A DNA stretch of 12,054 nucleotides, taken from Archangium sp. GTDB lineage: Bacteria; Myxococcota; Myxococcia; Myxococcales; Myxococcaceae. A program made the position numbers and the translations under genes. Location of the stretch: the NCBI GenBank assembly GCA_031367385.1, contig JANLPS010000464.1, positions 1-12,054 of the forward strand. The letters are read 5' to 3'. Shown one piece after another: positions 7,131 to 12,054 of this stretch (its first letter is position 1; each line of letters opens with the position of its first letter). The notes beneath the pieces were generated by a model. It saw only the letters and a program-made list of their open reading frames with translations. It had not been told where the DNA came from and made no database searches.

Positions 7131-7157
7131 GAGAGTCATCTGCGAGCCCGGTTGAGC

Positions 7158-7970
7158 TTACGCCGCGACGCCAGGGTCATCAGTCAGCGCCGGAGTCACA
7201 GGCGCAACCGAGTCGCCCTTCTTGCTGCCTGACTGAAAGCGATCGAGCCGGTACCAGAGCTCGCGCACGGCATCGCCGGGGTACGCGGCCAGGCCTTGCT
7301 TCGAGAGGTGGCGCAGCTGGTCGAGGAGCAGCCGCTTGAGCTGGCCGACGGTCTTCGTGGTGTTGATGCGCTGTTTCGAGAGGACCGCGCCTTTGAGGCG
7401 CGCGGCGAGCTCGGCATCGATCAACACGGTGGCCTCGGCGACCAGGGCATCGACTTTGGCCTTGTCGGGCAGCTCGTCGCGCATGTCGACGACGTCGCCG
7501 ATGACTCCAGCCATCGAGTCAACCAATCGGTTGTACGACGTCAGGTCGACGGTGAAGTCGCTGGCCTTGAAACCGGCCGCGACGCCGATGAGCGCCAACT
7601 GCTCGCGTATCGACATGAGCGACGCGCGCGACGCTTCGGCGGCCTCGGTCTTGTCGGGGCGGTCGCGAGGCGCCTCGGCGCGAACTGAGCGCGGGCCGAG
7701 CAGACTCGAGAGCACCTCGAGGCGCATGAACATGGCGTCGCTGACCGCGTATTCGCGCGACATCAAGTCAGGCACATCTCCGCGGGCGAGCAGCATCTCG
7801 CGGGTTTCGGCGAGCATGTCGACGGTCGGGTAAGCCACTTTGGGGTAGTTCGAACCCAATTGAGCGGCCTCTTCGAGAATCGTCGACTCCGTGACCTTTG
7901 ACGAAGTCACAAGCGACTTGGAGGGAATGACGGCGGCAACGGGTTTCTTGGTCTTCTTCTTCTTCGACAT
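7158..7970 (-). CDS. Hypothetical cytoplasmic, probably all-alpha protein (270 aa) with a Lys-rich N-terminus
   Basis: Long ORF with protein-like composition and GC-rich third positions. MSKKKKTKK start, amphipathic helical pattern, no Cys, no signal peptide and no recognisable catalytic motif. Confidence 0.85.
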   Translation of the reverse strand: MSKKKKTKKPVAAVIPSKSLVTSSKVTESTILEEAAQLGSNYPKVAYPTVDMLAETREMLLARGDVPDLMSREYAVSDAMFMRLEVLSSLLGPRSVRAEAPRDRPDKTEAAEASRASLMSIREQLALIGVAAGFKASDFTVDLTSYNRLVDSMAGVIGDVVDMRDELPDKAKVDALVAEATVLIDAELAARLKGAVLSKQRINTTKTVGQLKRLLLDQLRHLSKQGLAAYPGDAVRELWYRLDRFQSGSKKGDSVAPVTPALTDDPGVAA

Positions 7971-8046
7971 GACGATCTTTCACGGGAGGAAGGAGCTTCT
8001 TGAGCGCGCCCCCGTCGCGTTCAGGCCGTCAGACGGAGCCCTCGCG

Positions 8047-8094
8047 CGAATATTCATCGAATTGTTTTCGAATTTATTTTTCAGTCGATTCGAA
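8047..8094. promoter_or_regulatory. AT-rich divergent promoter region with 11-bp phased CGAA(T) direct repeats
   Basis: CGAA at 8047, 8058, 8069 and 8091 (spacing 11, 11, 22). Confidence 0.5.
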
Positions 8095-8250
8095 GAGTTA
8101 GAGAGCCAACCAGATGTTGAATGCGGCATCGGTTCGCGCCGACCGCGGCGGCTCACGGTGCCGTCGCATTTATCTGCCTGCCGACCGGCTAAGAACCATG
8201 CGATCGCTTAGTGTGCTCGAGGAGGCCTTCTACGTCGGAGGGACGACATC

Positions 8251-8640
8251 GTGAGACGGGTCGCAAGCGTCGTACTTCTTTGGCTCGGGACCGCGGCTGT
8301 CGTCCTTTCGCTGACCATCGCGCGCTGGGCGTGGGTCGCGGTAGCGACACCTGACCCAGTAATGCCCAGTGCCGTTGTTGCGAGCGAACCGACTCCTTCA
8401 GGCACGGTTTGCCAAGGCTCAAGCTGCGTCTCGCTGAGCAGCTCGGAACTAGTCCTCGATCACTACGACATGCTCAAGGCCGAGCGCCAGATGGTCGTTC
8501 AAGGGTTTCTCACCGTCTTCTGCGCGGGGGCCGCGCTCGTGGTCGCCGGAGGTGTCCTGCGCCGAGGGAGTACACTGGCGACGACGCACGCAGATGAGGT
8601 AGCCCGCGAGGTTCCAGGAGACAGACCCGGAAGTCATTGA
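8251..8640 (+). CDS. Hypothetical membrane protein (129 aa, two hydrophobic segments)
   Basis: GGAGGG Shine-Dalgarno 8 nt before the GTG. Hydrophobic stretches VASVVLLWLGTAAVVLSLTIA and VVQGFLTVFCAGAALVVAGGVL flank a loop containing CQGSSC. Confidence 0.7.
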   Translation: MRRVASVVLLWLGTAAVVLSLTIARWAWVAVATPDPVMPSAVVASEPTPSGTVCQGSSCVSLSSSELVLDHYDMLKAERQMVVQGFLTVFCAGAALVVAGGVLRRGSTLATTHADEVAREVPGDRPGSH

Positions 8641-8668
8641 GCAGCCTGAAGCACGTCAAGAGACGTAT

Positions 8669-9121
8669 TCACTTGATGAAAGTCTCACATCTCCCAGACA
8701 CGCACGCGGGATAGGTCTGAAGGGCGAGACAACTCGGCTGCGTGTAGCACTGTGACTGCTCACAATACGCCTGAATGTCGGAAGCTATCGCCGATCGATA
8801 ACTGGATTCTTGCCCTCGTGCGATGGACGGCAACACCGGGCACTGCCCAAACCCAATGCAGTTATTCGCAAGCATCACGGTCGTACAATCTGAGTCGCTC
8901 GAGCATGAAGCGTTGCCGATTCGAATCGCTTCAAGCCGGCAGCGCTGCCGCCAATAAAGTTCGCAATTTTCAACTCCTCCATCGAGAGAGTCACAATCGG
9001 TGGACTGGACAGCTGCCGTAGCCAATCGACCGGCGTCCCCTTTGAGTTCACCGGAATCAACGCCCCCACTCGCTGAGACACAGCCAGCTACCAAGATAGA
9101 AATCGCAACGGTCCGAGGCAT
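8669..9121 (-). CDS. Small Cys-rich putative lipoprotein (150 aa), atypically low GC
   Basis: Purine-rich GGAGGGGAGAGGA directly before ATG 9121; MPRTVAISILVAGC lipobox; CSSDSDC...C...C...CVSGRC Cys pattern. The ORF-track start 9598 overlaps the opposite-strand gene and the repeat array. Confidence 0.8.
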   Translation of the reverse strand: MPRTVAISILVAGCVSASGGVDSGELKGDAGRLATAAVQSTDCDSLDGGVENCELYWRQRCRLEAIRIGNASCSSDSDCTTVMLANNCIGFGQCPVLPSIARGQESSYRSAIASDIQAYCEQSQCYTQPSCLALQTYPACVSGRCETFIK

Positions 9122-9191
9122 TCCTCTCCCCTCCGCACTTCGCAACGACTGCGTAGTCGATCGTATATCAACCCATTCATGAGCATCGGGA

Positions 9192-9338
9192 GCCACGAGC
9201 GTCTCAAGGCGGCCCGCAAGAGCTGCTCCGAGGCCCGCAAGAGCTGCTCCGCGACCCGCAAGAGCTGCTCCGCGACCCGCAAGCGCCGCTCCGAGACCCG
9301 CAAGCGGCTCCACGAGACCCGCGAGAGCCGCCGACCAG
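9192..9338. repeat. Intergenic 21-bp tandem array (about 7 units, consensus CCCGCAAGAGCTGCTCCGMGA)
   Basis: Units start at 9213, 9234, 9255, 9276, 9297 and 9318, with a degenerate unit at 9192. Units 9234 and 9255 are identical. No spacers. Confidence 0.92.
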
Positions 9339-9433
9339 GTCCGAGCGCAAGACCTGCGAAGCCAAAAAAGGGGTCCAAAGACGACTCGACAAAAGAGCGT
9401 GCACGCGTGCCCGCGGGTGTGGTCGAAAGAACG

Positions 9434-11704
9434 ATGCGTTTCGTTTGGCTCGGTCTCACCGCTGCGATGTTCACCTCCGCCTGCACTGTCACGTCGCCCG
9501 CGTGCGCCACCACCTGCAGCGGGTGCTGTGACGCGCGCGGAGCCTGTCAACTCGGCAGCGAGGCCATCGCCTGCGGCCTTCTCGGAGGCGCGTGCCAAAC
9601 CTGCGACGCCAACAAGACGTGCTTTTCAGGCACCTGCGTCGGAGGCACCGGTGGCGGAGGCGAGACCTCTGACGGTGGCACCACGGGGCCCGCTTGCGCT
9701 GGCACGCTCCTGCGGTGCGACGCCACCTGCATCGACCCGCTCGCAGACGAGAACAACTGCGGCCGCTGCGGCAAGGTCTGCAGCAACGGCATGGTCTGCA
9801 ACCAGGGCACTTGCGAGCTCTTGCCCAGCAACTGTTCGACGACGAAGTGCCCTCCCGGGTACGGCTGCGACCCCGCGACGCTCAAATGCGTCACCGGCTG
9901 CCGCGTCGCGAACGACTGCCCCTCTGGAGCGACCTGCACCGCTGGCGCGTGCACGTGCGCCACCGGTTTTCACCAGTGTGGTCAGTCGTGTGTGAGCGAC
10001 GCCAACACTGGCAGCTGTGGTGCACGCTGTGAGTCGTGCCCGGTTGCCAACCTGTCGACGGCCACCTGCAGCGCCGGTCAATGCGGGCACCTGTGCGTGG
10101 CGGGCGCGCACGACTGCGGTGGCGTCTGTGTCAGCGACAACGACGTCAACACCTGTGGCAGCCGGTGCGCGGCGTGCCCGACTCCGAGCTCAGGCACCGC
10201 CATCTGCGCCAGCGGAGTCTGCTCGGCATCATGCGCGGGTGGCCAGCACCTGTGCGGCAGCTCCTGCGCAGACGACTCCGCTGCGGCGACGTGCGGGGCG
10301 CGGTGCACGCCCTGCCCCGTGCCGAGCCACGGAGCGTCGACCTGCACCAACAAGACCTGTGGCGTGGCCTGCGACACCGGGTACCACGCGTGCGGAGACA
10401 GCTGCGCCTCCGATACCGACGCGACCAAGTGCGGGAGTCAATGCACGAATTGCCCCGGGGGCGCGAATGGCACCCCCGCCTGTCAGGCGGCCGCCTGCAC
10501 CGTATCGTGCACTTCGGGCTTTCACCTCTGCGCGGGCGCGTGCAAGCCAGACGGTGACTCGGCCAACTGCGGCCCGAGCTGCTCGGTGTGCCCGGCCGGC
10601 CCCGCGCATTCGACGCCAGCCTGCGCGGCGGGCAGCTGCGACTTCACGTGTGACGCGAACTACAGCCGGTGTGGCACCAGTTGCTGCTTCGCCTTCGCGC
10701 GCATCGAGGCCGGCGCCAACCGGACCTGCGGTCTGACCACGGGTGGAGGCATGAAATGTTGGGGCCTCGGCACGTCCGGCATCACTGCCTCGAAGGTACC
10801 CACTGACGTGACTGGGTTTACGAGCGGCGTGGTCGACTTCTCGGTTGGGTCCGACTCGCTCTGCGCCGTGATGAGCAGCGGCGAGGTGCACTGCGTCGGC
10901 AACAACACCTATGCGGTGTGCGGCGGCAGTGCTCAGAGCTACAGCTCACCCCACACCGTGGCTGGCGTGGCCGGCGCGACCGGCATTTCGTCGGGCGATC
11001 GCGAGACGTGCGTCGTCACCTCGACGGGCGACGTGTACTGCTGGGGGCAGCCGTACGAGATCACCGCCCTGGGCGGAGTACCCACGGCGTTCGGAGCCCC
11101 AGTGCATGTGGGTCTCTCGAACGTCGTCGAAGTCTCGGTGTACACCGGGCCCAACTCACACGCCTGCGCCCGATTGAGCGACAAGTCGCTCTGGTGTTGG
11201 GGCGCGAATGGCTATGGCCAAGGCGGTGTTTCTGCGACCTCCACGGCGAGCGCGACGCCGATCAAGGCCACGGCGGTCACGTCGGTGAGCCAGGTCGTCA
11301 CCGGCTACGATTCGACCTGCGTCATCGACTCCGGCGCCTTGAAGTGTTTCGGCTACACCTACGATTCGTCGGCGCGCCTGTGGTCTGTGAACGGTACGAC
11401 CGGGGTCAAAGCCATCGGCCGAACGCCTTCGTTCGGCGGCTGCATCGCACTGACCAATGGCACCGCGAAGTGCTGGGGCGACAACAGCACCGGCCGCATC
11501 GGTGACGGCACCACAACCCCGTCGACTACGCTCGTCACGGTCTCGGGGCTGACCAATGTGTCGAACATCACCACGCTCGGCGTCCGCAGCTGCGCGGTCA
11601 CGTCAGGTGGCGTTGGGTACTGTTGGGGGCAGAATACTTCCGGAGAGCTCGGCGATGGGACCACCGGACAGTCGCTCACGCCGATCGAAGTGAAGCGGCC
11701 CTGA
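9434..11704 (+). CDS. Cys-rich lipoprotein with tandem 46-aa 8-Cys repeats and a C-terminal RCC1/BLIP-II-like beta-propeller (756 aa)
   Basis: MRFVWLGLTAAMFTSAC lipobox at ATG 9434. Stig1-like CIDPLADENNCGRCGKVC. Five repeats CxxGxHxCxxxCxxDxxxxxCGxxCxxCP (9956-10648). RCC1 repeats KCWG, YCWG, WCWGANGYGQ, KCWGDNSTGRIGDG and YCWGQNTSGELGDG (about 10694-11701). Confidence 0.92.
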   Translation: MRFVWLGLTAAMFTSACTVTSPACATTCSGCCDARGACQLGSEAIACGLLGGACQTCDANKTCFSGTCVGGTGGGGETSDGGTTGPACAGTLLRCDATCIDPLADENNCGRCGKVCSNGMVCNQGTCELLPSNCSTTKCPPGYGCDPATLKCVTGCRVANDCPSGATCTAGACTCATGFHQCGQSCVSDANTGSCGARCESCPVANLSTATCSAGQCGHLCVAGAHDCGGVCVSDNDVNTCGSRCAACPTPSSGTAICASGVCSASCAGGQHLCGSSCADDSAAATCGARCTPCPVPSHGASTCTNKTCGVACDTGYHACGDSCASDTDATKCGSQCTNCPGGANGTPACQAAACTVSCTSGFHLCAGACKPDGDSANCGPSCSVCPAGPAHSTPACAAGSCDFTCDANYSRCGTSCCFAFARIEAGANRTCGLTTGGGMKCWGLGTSGITASKVPTDVTGFTSGVVDFSVGSDSLCAVMSSGEVHCVGNNTYAVCGGSAQSYSSPHTVAGVAGATGISSGDRETCVVTSTGDVYCWGQPYEITALGGVPTAFGAPVHVGLSNVVEVSVYTGPNSHACARLSDKSLWCWGANGYGQGGVSATSTASATPIKATAVTSVSQVVTGYDSTCVIDSGALKCFGYTYDSSARLWSVNGTTGVKAIGRTPSFGGCIALTNGTAKCWGDNSTGRIGDGTTTPSTTLVTVSGLTNVSNITTLGVRSCAVTSGGVGYCWGQNTSGELGDGTTGQSLTPIEVKRP

Positions 11705-11732
11705 CGCCGTGCCTCCGGTTGAGGTCACGGTG
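11705..11732 (+). terminator. Hairpin directly after the RCC1 gene stop
   Basis: CGCCGTG-CCTC, loop CGGTT, GAGG-(T bulge)-CACGGTG; no U-tract. Confidence 0.4.
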
Positions 11733-11768
11733 ACTGAGACTGACAGCCCTTAGCTCGGCCCGAGCAGG

Positions 11769-11777
11769 TGCTAGGTT
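11769..11777 (+). promoter_or_regulatory. Putative extended -10 promoter (TG-C-TAGGTT) for a leaderless aldolase transcript
   Basis: TGnTAnnnT ends 7 nt before ATG 11785 and there is no Shine-Dalgarno sequence. Confidence 0.55.
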
Positions 11778-11784
11778 GCGCCCG

Positions 11785-12054
11785 ATGCGAGCAAACCCAT
11801 TGCGTGCCCTGTGGAGCTCGGGCGGCGCGGCGATCAACGGCTGGTTGTCGATACCCAACAGCTTCTCGGCCGAGGTGATGGCCAATCAGGGCTTCGACAG
11901 CCTCACCATCGACCTGCAGCACGGCATGGTCGACTTCAGTGATGTCGTCCCGATGTTCCAGGCGATCTCAACCACCGCGACCGTGCCGATGGTGCGCGTG
12001 CCCTGGCTCGAGCCCGGCATCGTGATGAAGACCCTCGACGCCGGGGCCTACGGC
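11785..12054 (+). CDS. HpcH/HpaI (class II pyruvate) aldolase family protein, N-terminal 90 codons; runs off the right edge
   Basis: Manual translation MRANPLRALWSSGGAAINGWLSIPNSFSAEVMANQGFDSLTIDLQHGMVD...VPMVRVPWLEPGIVMKTLDAGAYG shows the family motifs GFD...ID(L/M)(Q/E)HG, P.VRVP and LDAGA.G. Confidence 0.93.
   Translation, partial: MRANPLRALWSSGGAAINGWLSIPNSFSAEVMANQGFDSLTIDLQHGMVDFSDVVPMFQAISTTATVPMVRVPWLEPGIVMKTLDAGAYG

Noticed and set aside
7984..8101. Strong SD-like GGGAGGAAGGAG on the plus strand followed by a 33-codon TTG ORF (8000-8101)
   Set aside because: The ORF runs through the AT-rich phased repeats with atypical codons, and a transcript would have to start within or against the divergent gene's start.
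8097..9180. Integron cassette (attC) explanation for the small genes
   Set aside because: No paired RYYYAAC/GTTRRRY boxes, genes in mixed orientation and no integrase.
9192..9338. CRISPR array interpretation
   Set aside because: Units are contiguous with no unique spacers and there are no cas genes.
9179..9433. N-terminal extension of the RCC1 ORF, and extension of the minus-strand ORF to 9598
   Set aside because: Both are read-throughs of the stop-free 21-bp array; proper lipoprotein signals begin at 9434 (+) and 9121 (-).

Overview
GC-rich bacterial DNA, most likely Myxococcota (inferred from the Cys-rich lipoprotein style and high GC at third codon positions). Two edge-truncated metabolic genes, both missing from the ORF track, bracket the window: a KamA-family lysine 2,3-aminomutase (minus strand, start 655) and an HpcH/HpaI-family aldolase (plus strand, start 11785). 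The ~10.4 kb between them looks accessory and encodes five predicted lipoproteins: (1) a G-T-N collagen-like / Cys-pair repeat / Asp-box propeller protein that probably starts at CTG; (2) a Cys-rich EGF-containing protein; (3) a small lipoprotein; (4) a low-GC Cys-rich lipoprotein; (5) a Cys-rich RCC1 protein. It also holds a leaderless, translationally coupled two-gene module resembling a MenT-type nucleotidyltransferase toxin-antitoxin pair, an unknown 270-aa helical protein preceded by 11-bp phased direct repeats, a 2-TM protein and an intergenic 21-bp tandem array. The kamA/lipoprotein divergent region is rich in structure, including a lysine-riboswitch-like multi-hairpin candidate that lacks the canonical core. 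No rRNA, tRNA, CRISPR array, transposase or integrase was seen. All family assignments come from motif recognition, not database searches.
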